A stretch of 30,522 bases of DNA from a bacterium. Lineage in GTDB: Bacteria > CALINM01. Position 1 is the stretch's first letter; each line of letters begins with the position of its first letter. Shown here in pieces: positions 1 to 10,249 of the stretch. The notes beneath the pieces were generated by a model. The model searched no databases. It saw only the letters and a list, made by a program, of their open reading frames with translations, and was not told the origin of the DNA. The position numbers were made by a program, and so were the translations under genes. Where the stretch lies: assembly GCA_041640455.1 (NCBI GenBank), contig JBEQAF010000017.1:1-30522 (forward strand), read 5' to 3'.

Positions 1-2
1 TT

Positions 3-452
3 GCAGCACCTATGCATGATATTGGGAAGGTGGGGATTCCAGACAGCATTCTTTTGAAACCATCAAAACTTACTTTAGAGGAGTTTGAGGTTATTAAAAG
101 CCATACTACCATCGGCGCAGAGATTCTTGCCGGCTCAGAATATGAGTATCTTAAGATCGCAGAGGTTGTTGCTCTGACCCATCACGAAAGATATGATGGC
201 ACAGGTTATCCAAAGGGATTAAAAGGGGATGAGATACCATTGGTAGGAAGGATTGTCTTGCTGATAGACCAGTATGATGCGCTTAGAAGCAAAAGACCCT
301 ATAAACCCTGTTTTTCTCACGACGCCACCTTTGATATAATAACTAAAGGAGATGGAAGAACCCTCCCATCTCATTTTGATCCAGAGATACTTGAAGTTTT
401 TAAAAGGATTCATTACAAATTTGATGAGATCTTCAATACTTATCAAGAATAA
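3..452 (+). CDS. HD-GYP domain c-di-GMP phosphodiesterase, C-terminal part (5' end outside the window)
   Basis: The frame is open from the window edge (AAPMHDIGK). Motifs [16 protein letters not shown] and RPYK are typical of HD-GYP domains. The ATG at 12 is probably internal. Confidence 0.9.
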   Translation, partial: AAPMHDIGKVGIPDSILLKPSKLTLEEFEVIKSHTTIGAEILAGSEYEYLKIAEVVALTHHERYDGTGYPKGLKGDEIPLVGRIVLLIDQYDALRSKRPYKPCFSHDATFDIITKGDGRTLPSHFDPEILEVFKRIHYKFDEIFNTYQE

Positions 453-455
453 TCT

Positions 456-1547
456 ATGTATCTTTTCTTAAGTGTATTTTTTCTGCTTTATGGTTCACTG
501 CATTCCTATTTTTACTTTAGACTGAGGTCAGCATATACCCTACCTTTTAATGCAAAACTTTTGACAATATTTCTTCTTTTAATATTTACCTTTGCACCGC
601 TTTTTATAAGAATCCTCGAGAGGATGGAGCTTTTTATTCCTGCAAGGATCTTAGCCTATCTTGGCTATACATGGATGGCTTTTGTTTTTATGTTTTTTTC
701 AAACTCCCTGATACTTGAAATTATCAAATTTGCTGGACTGGCAAGGCAGATTAATAGTTTTCTTTTTCCAGCATTTATTGCATTTGTTATGGTATGCTAT
801 GGTTTTTTTGAAGCAAAAAATATAAAAATTGAAAAAATTATCATAACAACGCCAAAACTTAAAGCTGGAGAAACCATAAGAGTAGCTCAGATCTCCGATC
901 TACATCTGGGGATTATGATAAAAGACTGGTTTTTGAACAAGGTTATTGAAAGGGTTAACGAGTTAAAGCCTGATATACTGGTGTCAACTGGAGACCTTGT
1001 GGATGGTCATTCAAACGACATAAACTATCTGACTGATTTTTTTCATAAAATTGAAGCTGGATATGGTAGATTTGCTATACTGGGGAATCATGAGTTTTAT
1101 GTGGGGATTAAAAACTCATTGTCTTTTTTAGAAAAAAGTGGATTTCGAATATTAAGAAATGAATATGTGAAGATAAAGGACAATTTTTACATAGCTGGCA
1201 TTGATGATGATACAATAAACAAAAACATTGATGAAAGAGCCCTTTTAAAAGATATAGACAGAAACTCTTTTGTGCTTTATTGTAAACATAAGCCCAGAAT
1301 ATCTAAAGATGCAAAAGGTTTTTTTGATTTACAGCTATCAGGACATACCCATAACGGTCAGATATTTCCTTTCACTCTGATTGTAATGATATTTTTTCCT
1401 GCAAAATCAGGGCTAACCGAAATCAGATGGGGAGATAATATATCCTACCTTTACACCAGCAGAGGCACTGGTACCTGGGGACCACCGATAAGGTTCTTAT
1501 CCAGACCAGAAGTTACGTTAATTGAAATAACAGGCAAAAGTCATTAA
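456..1547 (+). CDS. Membrane-anchored calcineurin-like metallophosphoesterase (YkuE/YaeI-like)
   Basis: About 4 hydrophobic N-terminal segments, then motifs SDLH, GDLVD, GNHE, GHTH and SRGxGxWGPPxR. Confidence 0.88.
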   Translation: MYLFLSVFFLLYGSLHSYFYFRLRSAYTLPFNAKLLTIFLLLIFTFAPLFIRILERMELFIPARILAYLGYTWMAFVFMFFSNSLILEIIKFAGLARQINSFLFPAFIAFVMVCYGFFEAKNIKIEKIIITTPKLKAGETIRVAQISDLHLGIMIKDWFLNKVIERVNELKPDILVSTGDLVDGHSNDINYLTDFFHKIEAGYGRFAILGNHEFYVGIKNSLSFLEKSGFRILRNEYVKIKDNFYIAGIDDDTINKNIDERALLKDIDRNSFVLYCKHKPRISKDAKGFFDLQLSGHTHNGQIFPFTLIVMIFFPAKSGLTEIRWGDNISYLYTSRGTGTWGPPIRFLSRPEVTLIEITGKSH

Positions 1548-1612
1548 ACCTTCCTTTTCCAAATTTGAACTTAAAGATTAACTCAGTATAATTTAATTAA
1601 GTAGAGTTATGC

Positions 1613-1642
1613 TTGATATATATTCAAAAAATCATATATAAT
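1613..1642 (+). promoter_or_regulatory. Putative sigma70 promoter of the efflux operon, overlapped by an AT-rich inverted repeat
   Basis: TTGATA (1613-1618), 18 bp, TATAAT (1637-1642). TATATAT-N10-ATATATA lies at 1617-1640. A second candidate, TTGAAC-N16-TATAAT, lies at 1565-1592. Confidence 0.45.
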
Positions 1643-1665
1643 TATAACTGAATATTTTAAAAGAG

Positions 1666-3000
1666 GTGGCTAAATTGAGAAAAGTTGCTTTATTGTGTTT
1701 TTTAGTGGTTGTTTTTATAAACTCAAAGCTTTATGCTGAAGTGGTACTGGATCTTAACACCACTATTTTAAAGGCACTTCGGGAAAATCATTATGTAAAA
1801 TCAAAAAGATATGAGCTTATGTCGAAAGAGAAGGAGTTTAATCTCAGTAAGGATGCTTTTTTCCCAAAACTGTATCTCGAAGAACGGTTTACAACGGGAA
1901 ATTATAATTCCTATGGTGTTTTTACCCGGCTAAATCAGGAAACACTTAATATGGGAAATTTCCTCTCCCCAGGCACGGTCTCAAACTTTCAGACCTCTCT
2001 TAATCTGGAAATGCCAGTTTATGTTAAAGAGCTTTTTATAAACAAAGATATAAAAAGATCTTTTTTTCTATCCTCCAAAAATCATTTTGACAGTTTCAAG
2101 GAGCAGATAGCCTTTGAAGTATTTAAAGCTTATCTTGGAGTTTTAAGGGCAAAGTCTTTAAAAAATCTGGCAGAAAAGGCGCTGGAAGAGTCAAAAGAGA
2201 TTCATAGAGTTGCAATATTAAGGTACGAAAATGGTCTTGGCGTAAAGGCTGATGAGCTACGAGCCTATGTGTTAAAAAAAGATAGAGAGGTGAAACTCTT
2301 AAAGGCAGAAAATGACCTTCTGGTTGCCAAAAAAGCCCTTTCTTTAGTTCTTGCAGACGAAAATATCTATGATGTTGAAGAGATATCTTTTAATGAAGAG
2401 ATAGTACCCCCTCTGGAGGAAGGGGTTAGACAGGCACTAATTTTCAGAAAGGAGCTTATCTCTGATAAGCTTAGTCTTGAAGGGGTTACAGCCCTTATAG
2501 ACATTGAGAAAGCAAAGTATTATCCCAAAATATTTTTTTCTGCAAGCTATTATAACGATAGTAGAAACTACCCGATCGGAGGAGATGGAAGCGGATATGT
2601 GGCAGGTGTATATCTCAAATGGGATATATTTGATAAAACAAGATCTGAGAGCAGAGAGAAAGCTGCTCTCGAGAGTATGAGATTGAGTGAAGTCATCAGG
2701 CAGAAAGAAAAGGAGATAGAGTTTAATGTTCGGGAAAGCTACGTAAGGCTAAACGAAGCAAAAAAAAGATTGGAACTTGCTAAAGAGACCATAACCTCAG
2801 CTGAGGAGACCTTTAGGCTTATTAAGGTAAGATATAACAATAGTCTGGCTACGATGGTTGAGCTGCTTGATGCTGAGCTTGCCGTAACTATGGCAAGAAA
2901 TAATTTTGTAATGGCTCAGAAGGACTATTATGAGGCTCTGGGAAAGACTCTTTTTGAAATAGGTATATTAACCGACAGGATATTAAAAGCCGGTAGATAG
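1666..3000 (+). CDS. TolC-family outer membrane efflux protein
   Basis: GTG start, signal peptide, two repeated outer-membrane-efflux-type halves (FFPKL.../YYPKI..., RYENGLG/RYNNSLATMVELLDAE), and position upstream of MFP and RND genes. Confidence 0.88.
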   Translation: MAKLRKVALLCFLVVVFINSKLYAEVVLDLNTTILKALRENHYVKSKRYELMSKEKEFNLSKDAFFPKLYLEERFTTGNYNSYGVFTRLNQETLNMGNFLSPGTVSNFQTSLNLEMPVYVKELFINKDIKRSFFLSSKNHFDSFKEQIAFEVFKAYLGVLRAKSLKNLAEKALEESKEIHRVAILRYENGLGVKADELRAYVLKKDREVKLLKAENDLLVAKKALSLVLADENIYDVEEISFNEEIVPPLEEGVRQALIFRKELISDKLSLEGVTALIDIEKAKYYPKIFFSASYYNDSRNYPIGGDGSGYVAGVYLKWDIFDKTRSESREKAALESMRLSEVIRQKEKEIEFNVRESYVRLNEAKKRLELAKETITSAEETFRLIKVRYNNSLATMVELLDAELAVTMARNNFVMAQKDYYEALGKTLFEIGILTDRILKAGR

Positions 3001-3009
3001 GGAGGAGTA

Positions 3010-4122
3010 ATGAAAAAAATAATAATTTTATTGATTCTTTTAATTTTTTCTGCCTGCCATAAAGAAACACAGGAGCTCTCAACAAAAAAGGAAGAGGTAA
3101 ATGCCAGAACTATTAAGGTAACAAAATCAAAGGTAGATGATTATTATGAGGTTTCTGGTTCAGTGGTCTCGAGAAATCCTATAGCCATTGTTTCTAAGGT
3201 AATGGGAACAGTAGCTTCAGTAAATGTTGATGAGGGGAGCTATGTTAAAAGAGGAGACCTGCTTGTAATTTTAGATGCACCTGATATAAAGGCGTCTCTC
3301 GATAGGGCTGATGGCGCCATAAAGGAGACCGAAAAGGCAATAAATATGGCAAAAAGTAATCTCCAGTTTGCAGAAAATACTTATAAGAGGTACGAAAATT
3401 TATACAATCAGCAAGCCATCTCCCGTCAGGAGTTTGAAAACATAAAACTTAAAAGAGATCAGGCAGAAGATGAGGTAAAAAGGCTTGAAGCAGCATTATC
3501 ACAGGCAAAGGCTGAAAAAACTAAAGCTGAAGGTGTTGTGTCCTATCTGAAGATTATAAGCCCTGTTGATGGGGTTGTAACGGAAAAAAAAGCCAATATA
3601 GGAATGAATATACTACCCGGTATGCCGCTTCTTACTGTAGAAACCACAGACAGACTGCGGCTTGAGGTGATGGGAGATGAAAAAATCCTGCCAGTTATAA
3701 AAAAAGGCATGTCTTTTCCAGTGTATTTTGAGGCAATAAAAAAAGAGGTTAAGGGAGTGGTTTCAGATTTTGTCCCGGCTGTGGAAAGCACAACAAGGAC
3801 CTTTAAGATTAAAATAGATCTCCCAAAAGACAAGGATATTGTAATAGGTTTGTATGGCACGGTTAAGATACCTATAGGCAAGACTGAGAAAATTTATATT
3901 CCAAGAAAAGCAGTTTTAGAAAAGGGTCAGTTAAGCTATGTATATGTGCTGGATTCTAAATCACAGGCAACGATGAGGCTTATACGGCTGGGAAAAGAAC
4001 TTGAAAGCCAGATTGAGGTTCTATCAGGTCTTAGTGAAGGTGAGATAATGGTAGAGGAAATTACTGAAGCTATCAAAGAAGGTGTGATTATCAGGGGGGA
4101 GGATGGTAAAAAAGGAGCATAA
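3010..4122 (+). CDS. RND efflux periplasmic adaptor (membrane fusion protein), lipoprotein
   Basis: Shine-Dalgarno (SD) GGAGGAG, lipobox FSAC, lipoyl half-motifs ([20 protein letters not shown]), coiled-coil hairpin, [17 protein letters not shown]. Confidence 0.92.
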   Translation: MKKIIILLILLIFSACHKETQELSTKKEEVNARTIKVTKSKVDDYYEVSGSVVSRNPIAIVSKVMGTVASVNVDEGSYVKRGDLLVILDAPDIKASLDRADGAIKETEKAINMAKSNLQFAENTYKRYENLYNQQAISRQEFENIKLKRDQAEDEVKRLEAALSQAKAEKTKAEGVVSYLKIISPVDGVVTEKKANIGMNILPGMPLLTVETTDRLRLEVMGDEKILPVIKKGMSFPVYFEAIKKEVKGVVSDFVPAVESTTRTFKIKIDLPKDKDIVIGLYGTVKIPIGKTEKIYIPRKAVLEKGQLSYVYVLDSKSQATMRLIRLGKELESQIEVLSGLSEGEIMVEEITEAIKEGVIIRGEDGKKGA

Positions 4123-7100
4123 TATAGTTGATAAAATAACAAGAGCATTTGTAGATTCCAAAATAACACCGCTAATAGTTATTGCATCAATACTACTCGG
4201 GTTATTTTCTGTAATAGCAACACCAAGAGAGGAAGAGCCGCAGATTAAGGTGCCCATGTTTGATGTGTTTGTCAGTATGCCTGGCGCATCTGCAAAAGAA
4301 GTGGAGCAAAGAGTCACCATCCCGATGGAGAAAAAGCTCTGGGAAATACCAGGTGTTGAGTACATATACTCCACAGCCTCTGAAGGTATGAATATGACCG
4401 TAGTCAGGTTCTATGTGGGCGAGGATGAGGAAAAAAGTCTTACCAAGCTTTACAACAAACTATATTCAAATTTTGATCTGATACCTTACGGGGCATCCCA
4501 ACCGCTGGTAAAATTTAGATCCATTGATGATGTGCCCATTCTTTCCCTTACACTTCATGGGAAGGGTTACGACTCCTATGCGCTTAGAAGAATTTCAGCC
4601 CAAATTTGTGACCATATAAAGGATATTGAAGATGTTTCAGAAACAAAGATTATAGGTGGATATAGAAGAAGACTTAACGTGGAGATTATACCGGATAAGC
4701 TTTCTGCATATAACATAACTCCATTGGAGATAAAGAGACAGATATGGGCACTAAATCAGAATCTTAAAACCGGTGAGATATTAAAAGATAATAACCTTAT
4801 AGCCATTGAGTCTGGCAGATTTATTCAAAGCAGGGATGATCTGGAAAAGTTGGTTTTAAATGCATCTGGTAAGCCGGTGTTTTTAAAAGATATTGCCAGC
4901 ATAACCGATGGTCCAGCAGAAATAGATAATTATGTTTTACATGGAGAGAAAAAAAGAGATGAAAAAGAGCCAGCAGTTACTATCAGTGTAGCTAAAAGAA
5001 AGGGAAAAAATGCAACTGTAATTGCCCATAAAGTGTTGGAGAAAGTTGACTATCTAAAAGGTAAGGTTATACCGGAAGATCTTGAGGTTACTGTTACCAG
5101 AAACTATGGAGAGACTGCAAAGGAAAAATCCGATGAGCTTTTAAAGCATCTTATTATCGCTGTTGTTTCGGTCACAATCCTGATTGCGTTCTTTTTAGGC
5201 ATAAGAGCCGGTATGGTGGTTTTTATAGCTGTGCCTGTAGTTCTTGCTCTAACCCTTGCAGTTTATTATTTCTTTGGATATACCCTGAACAGAGTTACCC
5301 TTTTTGCGCTCATATTCAGCATTGGTATTCTTGTAGATGATCCGATTGTAGATGTAGAAAATATAGTAAGACATTTTCATCTACCCGAAAACAAAGGAAA
5401 GTCGGTAATAGATATTGTTGTTGGTGCAGTTAGCGAGGTTAGAAGCCCTCTTATCCTGGCTACTCTTACAGTTATAGCCGCAATACTTCCAATGGCGTTT
5501 GTAAGGGGGCTCATGGGTCCCTATATGAGACCTATTCCTGTGGGAGCTTCTGTTGCCATGATATTGTCCATGGTGGTAGCTTTTGTAGTAACCCCCTGGG
5601 CATCGGCAAAAATACTTCCACCACTTATGCATAAAGAGGCACATCATGAGTCAGATGATCGCTTTACCAGACTCTATAGACATTATATGGGACTTCTTAT
5701 TAATTCAAAAAAACATAGAAACATATTTTTAATCATGGTTGCCATTCTACTGGTGCTGTCGTCATCTCTTATTTATTTTAAGGTGGTAAAAGTAAAGATG
5801 CTACCCTTTGACAATAAGTCAGAGTTCCAGATAGTGATTGATATGAATGAGGGGACTCCGCTTGAAAGAACCTATAAAGTATGCAATGCCATAGGTGACT
5901 ATCTAAAAACTGTACCTGAGGTTACCAATTTTCAGATATATGTAGGGTCATCTTCTCCATATAATTTTAATGGGCTGGTAAGACATTATTTTCTTAGAAA
6001 GGAGCCCCATCAGGCAGATATTCAGGTAAACCTGTTACCAAAACATGATAGGAAGGCACAAAGTCATGAAATAGCAAAAAGGATAAGACCTGATATTGAA
6101 AATATTCAGAAAAACTATCCTGATGCGAACATAAAGATTGTTGAAATACCGCCAGGACCGCCTGTATTGCAGACATTAGTAGCAGAAGTTTATGGTCCTG
6201 ACTATGATAGACAGATTGAGATAGCAAAAGAAATAAAGAATATCTTTAACTCAACAGAGGGGGTTGTAGACGTAGACTGGTATGTGGAAGACGATCAGAA
6301 AAAGCTTGTGCTTGCTGTAGATAAAGAAAAGGCTGGGAGACTCGGGATAAGTAGCTATGATGTGGTTGAAAATTTAAATACCCTCCTGAACGGTTCTGTG
6401 GCTGGCTTGATGCATGCACCTAATGAAAAAGAGGATGTGGAGATATTTATAAAAATGCCTTTTTCCTATAGAGATAATTTAAACAATATTTTGGGACTTA
6501 AGATTAGAGCTATAAATGGCGCACTTGTCCCACTCAGGGAGATAGCAAAGGTTGAAGAAAAAGTGGCAGACAAATCTGTCTACAGGAAGAATCTGAAAAG
6601 GGTAGTATATGTAACAGCCGATGTTTCGGGAAAGGAAGAAAGTCCTGTTTATGCCATAATGAAGCTAAATAAAAAGATTGACCAGATTAAGCTTAAAGAA
6701 GGCTACACCCTTAAGAAGCATGTCCTTGCTATGTCCTTTTCATCGGAAGAGTATTCAATGAAATGGGATGGTGAATGGCATATAACCTTTGAGGTCTTTA
6801 GAGATCTGGGATTAGCATTTGCAGCTGTGCTTATTGTTATTTATGTTCTGGTGGTAGGCTGGTTTGGTGATTATAAGGTTCCGCTGGTTATTATGGCACC
6901 TATACCGCTTAGTCTGGTGGGTATTATTCCTGGACATGCCATTATGGGCGCATTCTTCACGGCTACCTCAATGATTGGTTTCATCGCAGGTGCGGGTATA
7001 GTAGTTAGAAACTCCATAATTCTTGGAGACTTTATTGAGCTTCGTATTAAGGAAGGCATGCCGCTTGAAGAGGCTGTAATAGATGCGGGAGCTGTAAGAT

Positions 7101-7288
7101 TCAGGCCTATGCTACTAACCGCCTCTGCTGTTGTGGTTGGATCAGCGGTTATACTTTTTGATCCCATATTTCAGGGGCTTGCCATATCTTTGATGGCTGG
7201 TGAGGTTGCTGCAACCCTTCTTTCCAGAATGGTTGTCCCGGTGCTTTACTATCTGTACAGGAAGGCGCAGCTAACCAGGTTAGCATAA
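4103..7288 (+). CDS. RND efflux transporter permease subunit (AcrB/CusA superfamily)
   Basis: 1061 aa with RND topology. [10 protein letters not shown]4 [24 protein letters not shown] and RFRPMLLT are present. Overlaps the MFP gene by 20 nt. Confidence 0.93.
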   Translation: MVKKEHNIVDKITRAFVDSKITPLIVIASILLGLFSVIATPREEEPQIKVPMFDVFVSMPGASAKEVEQRVTIPMEKKLWEIPGVEYIYSTASEGMNMTVVRFYVGEDEEKSLTKLYNKLYSNFDLIPYGASQPLVKFRSIDDVPILSLTLHGKGYDSYALRRISAQICDHIKDIEDVSETKIIGGYRRRLNVEIIPDKLSAYNITPLEIKRQIWALNQNLKTGEILKDNNLIAIESGRFIQSRDDLEKLVLNASGKPVFLKDIASITDGPAEIDNYVLHGEKKRDEKEPAVTISVAKRKGKNATVIAHKVLEKVDYLKGKVIPEDLEVTVTRNYGETAKEKSDELLKHLIIAVVSVTILIAFFLGIRAGMVVFIAVPVVLALTLAVYYFFGYTLNRVTLFALIFSIGILVDDPIVDVENIVRHFHLPENKGKSVIDIVVGAVSEVRSPLILATLTVIAAILPMAFVRGLMGPYMRPIPVGASVAMILSMVVAFVVTPWASAKILPPLMHKEAHHESDDRFTRLYRHYMGLLINSKKHRNIFLIMVAILLVLSSSLIYFKVVKVKMLPFDNKSEFQIVIDMNEGTPLERTYKVCNAIGDYLKTVPEVTNFQIYVGSSSPYNFNGLVRHYFLRKEPHQADIQVNLLPKHDRKAQSHEIAKRIRPDIENIQKNYPDANIKIVEIPPGPPVLQTLVAEVYGPDYDRQIEIAKEIKNIFNSTEGVVDVDWYVEDDQKKLVLAVDKEKAGRLGISSYDVVENLNTLLNGSVAGLMHAPNEKEDVEIFIKMPFSYRDNLNNILGLKIRAINGALVPLREIAKVEEKVADKSVYRKNLKRVVYVTADVSGKEESPVYAIMKLNKKIDQIKLKEGYTLKKHVLAMSFSSEEYSMKWDGEWHITFEVFRDLGLAFAAVLIVIYVLVVGWFGDYKVPLVIMAPIPLSLVGIIPGHAIMGAFFTATSMIGFIAGAGIVVRNSIILGDFIELRIKEGMPLEEAVIDAGAVRFRPMLLTASAVVVGSAVILFDPIFQGLAISLMAGEVAATLLSRMVVPVLYYLYRKAQLTRLA

Positions 7289-7487
7289 TATTTCACTCTC
7301 AGGATCTGAAGAGAAAGGCTTATAGGAATTAGCTTAGGGGCATATTTTGACATCCTCTAATCTCACTTTACCTTAAAGAAAATTTTATAATGGCTTCTTT
7401 TTTTAGCAGAAGAAACCTTAAAGAACAGTTTCTCTTTAAAATTTTTTATAATAAAATTAAATAATTACTGTTTAAAACATTGTTTGC

Positions 7488-7516
7488 TTGCTTTTGCTAA
7501 AAAATCATGATAATAT
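7488..7516 (+). promoter_or_regulatory. Putative sigma70 promoter for acetoacetate-CoA ligase
   Basis: TTGCTT (7488-7493), 17 bp, TAATAT (7511-7516), with an extended -10 TG at 7508-7509. SD AAGGAGG precedes ATG 7559. Confidence 0.4.
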
Positions 7517-7558
7517 TTTGCAAAACATTTTACGTAAAGTGGAAAACAAGGAGGGATT

Positions 7559-9514
7559 ATGAAAAAACCACTATGGATACCTTCTGAAGAGAGAAGAAAA
7601 AATTCGAACATGAAAAAGTTTATGGACTTTGTAAACAGCCGATTTAATAAAAATTTTTCTGAGTATCTGGAGCTGTATCAGTGGTCAATAGACAATATAC
7701 CCGATTTCTGGGCGTCTGTTTGGGATTTTGTAGATATTAGATATTCAAAAAAATATGATAGGGTGGTAGATGACCCCTATAAGATGCCAGGAGCAAAATG
7801 GTTTGAGGGGGCAAGACTAAATTTTGCAGAAAACCTGTTAAGATACAGGGATGACAAAACTGCCTTTATCTTTATTGGTGAAACAGCTGAGAGGAAAGAG
7901 ATTAGTTATAGTGAGCTTTATAAATATGTGGCAAAGATCGCCAATGGTTTAAGAGATGCGGGGCTTAAAGCAGGTGATAGGGTAGCTGCTTATATGCCCA
8001 ATATGATTGAAACAGTAGCTGCAATGCTTGCTGCTACAAGCATAGGAGCTATATGGTCATCCTGCGCCGCTGACATGGGACCTGAGGCGGTCTATGATAG
8101 ATTCGGTCAGATAGAACCCAAAGTTTTGTTTACAGTGGACGGATATTATTACAAGGGGAAAAAATTTGATACTCTATCAAATGCTCACAAGCTTGCGTCA
8201 AAGATCCCGAGCCTTGAGAAGATAGTGGTTACGAGCTATGCAGGTAGCCCAATGAGCATAAAGGATTTCCCAAAAGCTATATACTTTGAAGATTTTATAA
8301 AAGATCAGAAAGAGGAGATGGTTTTTGAACAACTGCCATTTGATACACCAACCTATATAATGTTTTCTTCAGGTACCACTGGAAAGCCAAAATGTATGGT
8401 GCAGTCTGGTGGTGGAGTTCTCATAAATCATCTAAAGGAGCTGATTATTCATTCCGACCTGAAAAGAGAAGACAGGATTTTTTATATTACCACCTGTAGC
8501 TGGATGATGTGGAACTGGCTGATGAGCTCTCTTGCTGCCGGTGCCACTATTATACTATACGATGGTAATCCTATGTATCCCGATGCTTATGCCATGTGGA
8601 ATATGGCTGAAAAAGAAAAAATAACAATTTTTGGCTTAAGCGCAAGCTATATTAATTACCTCAGAAAAGAAGAAATAACTCCCAAAAAGCACAATCTTTC
8701 AGCATTAAAAGAAATATCACAGACAGGCTCACCTCTTTCTGCCGATGGCTTTGAATACGTCTATAAGGAGATAAAAGAAGATCTTCATTTTAACTCCATA
8801 GCTGGTGGTACAGATATAAACGGCTGCTTTGCCATTGGTAGTCCAATGCAGCCTGTTTATGCTGGAGAGCTTCAGGGACCTGGTTTAGGTATGCGAGTAT
8901 TTGCATACGATGAGAATACAAACCCCGTCTGGGATAAAGAAGGTGAACTGGTATGCGAAGCTGCCAGCCCGTCAATGCCGCTTTATTTCTGGAACGACAA
9001 GGATAATAAAAAATATCTGGAGTCCTATTTTGAATACTACACACAGAAGCGCGTATGGAGACATGGAGACTATGTAATCTATTTCAGTGATTCGAGAGGT
9101 TTTACATTTTTAGGCAGATCTGATTCGGTTTTAAAACCCTCAGGTGTAAGAATAGGAACGGCAGAGATCTATAACCAGGTTGACAATGTGGAAGAGGTTG
9201 CAGACAGTCTTGCCATAGGGCAGAACTGGGAAGGAGATCAGAGAATAATTTTATTTGTCAAGATGAAAGACGGATTTACCCTTAACGATGAGATAAAAAA
9301 TAAGATTAAAAAGATTATAAGAGAAAATGCATCACCAAGGCATGTGCCGGCAAAGATTATTGCCGTTCCAGATATCCCCTACACAAGAAACATGAAAAAG
9401 GTGGAGAGCGCAGTAACTAATATAATTCATGGTAGACCTGTAACCAATCTGGAAGCTTTAATAAATCCAGAGTGTCTCAATTATTACAAAGACCATCCGG
9501 AGCTAAAGGACTAA
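7559..9514 (+). CDS. Acetoacetate--CoA ligase (acetoacetyl-CoA synthetase)
   Basis: AMP-binding loop FSSGTTGKPKC, plus subfamily hallmarks WFEGARLNFAENLL, WMMWNW, GGTDI, GRSDSVLKPSGVRIGTAEIY and SPRHVP. Confidence 0.92.
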   Translation: MKKPLWIPSEERRKNSNMKKFMDFVNSRFNKNFSEYLELYQWSIDNIPDFWASVWDFVDIRYSKKYDRVVDDPYKMPGAKWFEGARLNFAENLLRYRDDKTAFIFIGETAERKEISYSELYKYVAKIANGLRDAGLKAGDRVAAYMPNMIETVAAMLAATSIGAIWSSCAADMGPEAVYDRFGQIEPKVLFTVDGYYYKGKKFDTLSNAHKLASKIPSLEKIVVTSYAGSPMSIKDFPKAIYFEDFIKDQKEEMVFEQLPFDTPTYIMFSSGTTGKPKCMVQSGGGVLINHLKELIIHSDLKREDRIFYITTCSWMMWNWLMSSLAAGATIILYDGNPMYPDAYAMWNMAEKEKITIFGLSASYINYLRKEEITPKKHNLSALKEISQTGSPLSADGFEYVYKEIKEDLHFNSIAGGTDINGCFAIGSPMQPVYAGELQGPGLGMRVFAYDENTNPVWDKEGELVCEAASPSMPLYFWNDKDNKKYLESYFEYYTQKRVWRHGDYVIYFSDSRGFTFLGRSDSVLKPSGVRIGTAEIYNQVDNVEEVADSLAIGQNWEGDQRIILFVKMKDGFTLNDEIKNKIKKIIRENASPRHVPAKIIAVPDIPYTRNMKKVESAVTNIIHGRPVTNLEALINPECLNYYKDHPELKD

Positions 9515-9555
9515 TTTTTGCCCAGAAGGTATTTTGAAACTAAAAGTTGTCAGAT

Positions 9556-9593
9556 AAAAAAAGCCTGAGAGTTCATCTCAGGCTTTGCTTTTT
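9556..9593. terminator. Bidirectional rho-independent terminator between the ligase gene and tRNA-fMet
   Basis: Perfect 11-bp stem AAAGCCTGAGA-gttca-TCTCAGGCTTT (9560-9586), with an A7 run on the left and a T-rich tail on the right. Confidence 0.85.
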
Positions 9594-9670
9594 TGGTAGC
9601 GGGGGCAGGATTTGAACCTACGGCCTTCGGGTTATGAGCCCGACGAGCTACCAAGCTGCTCCACCCCGCG
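9594..9670 (-). tRNA. tRNA-Met(CAT), initiator (fMet)
   Basis: The reverse complement CGCGGGGTGGAGCAGCTTGGTAGCTCGTCGGGCTCATAACCCGAAGGCCGTAGGTTCAAATCCTGCCCCCGCTACCA folds as a 77-nt cloverleaf. It has an unpaired C1:U72, an A11:U24 pair, three consecutive G:C pairs in the anticodon stem and an encoded CCA. Confidence 0.97.
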
Positions 9671-9686
9671 TCTGATCAGATTATAC

Positions 9687-9716
9687 ATTATATTCTTTTG
9701 GATGAGCAAAAGTCAA
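9687..9716 (-). promoter_or_regulatory. Sigma70 promoter of tRNA-fMet
   Basis: Minus strand TTGACT (9716-9711), 18 bp, TATAAT (9692-9687), ending 16 nt before the mature 5' end. Confidence 0.7.
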
Positions 9717-9721
9717 TAATA

Positions 9722-9756
9722 AATATATCTATACACCAGATAGGTATAGACATATT
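9722..9756. promoter_or_regulatory. Imperfect inverted repeat, possible repressor operator
   Basis: AATATaTCTATAC-accagatag-GTATAGAcATATT: 13-bp arms with one mismatch and a core of ATAC-N9-GTAT. Confidence 0.4.
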
Positions 9757-9759
9757 AAC

Positions 9760-9986
9760 CATTTTTTTGATTTTATTGAAATAAAAGGATTTGAATGGAA
9801 GGATGCAAAGGAAACGATAAGCAGGAAAGAGGCTTTCCGCAGAATACTTGATATAATGAAGAGACCGGGTTTCTCCTGGCAGAGGAAGGTGAGACCACTT
9901 AAAGGATGGAAAAACAGCCTATGAGTGTTTTATATCATGAACTGAGGGAGATAGAAGCTACTAAGGCAAGGGAGCTTTGGATTTAA
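9760..9986 (+). pseudogene. Possible degraded coding remnant of unknown family
   Basis: Purine-rich, coding-like stretch. One frame reads FDFIEIKGFEWKDAKETISRKEAFRRILDIMKRPG and has no ATG before the late internal Met. A shifted frame reads FLLAEEGETT*RMEKQPMSVLYHELREIEATKARELWI*. Confidence 0.25.
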
Positions 9987-10220
9987 TATTTATAAAAATA
10001 TAGTAAGGGCGTTACCTTTTATAAAAAATTTTAGCTCCTAAAACCGCTATAAATGCTCAAGTACTGAATTTCCCTGTCATCCTCAGGTAGAATTTGCTTA
10101 AATCTGTTAACCCTTTTCAGACGGGTAATTATGTCTACACCAAATACCGCCATAATTAACTATTTATTTTTATAACCTGTCATTCAAACTGAATTTTTTA
10201 ATTTATCATAAAAAAATGGA

Positions 10221-10249
10221 TTGACAATTCAAATAGTTTTCTATAAAAT
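10221..10249 (+). promoter_or_regulatory. Sigma70 promoter of the cytochrome c gene
   Basis: Consensus TTGACA (10221-10226), 17 bp, TAAAAT (10244-10249). Confidence 0.75.

Noticed and set aside
7249..7353. 34-codon minus-strand ORF (MSKYAPKLIPIS...) after the RND gene
   Set aside because: It overlaps the RND 3' end, has a poorly spaced SD and shows no recognisable similarity.
7370..7425. CRISPR array or mini-array
   Set aside because: Only two 11-bp copies, far shorter than CRISPR repeats, and no cas genes in the window.
9594..9670. tRNA as an integration site for an island or prophage
   Set aside because: No integrase, no duplicated tRNA 3' end noticed in the window, and the terminator follows the tRNA directly.
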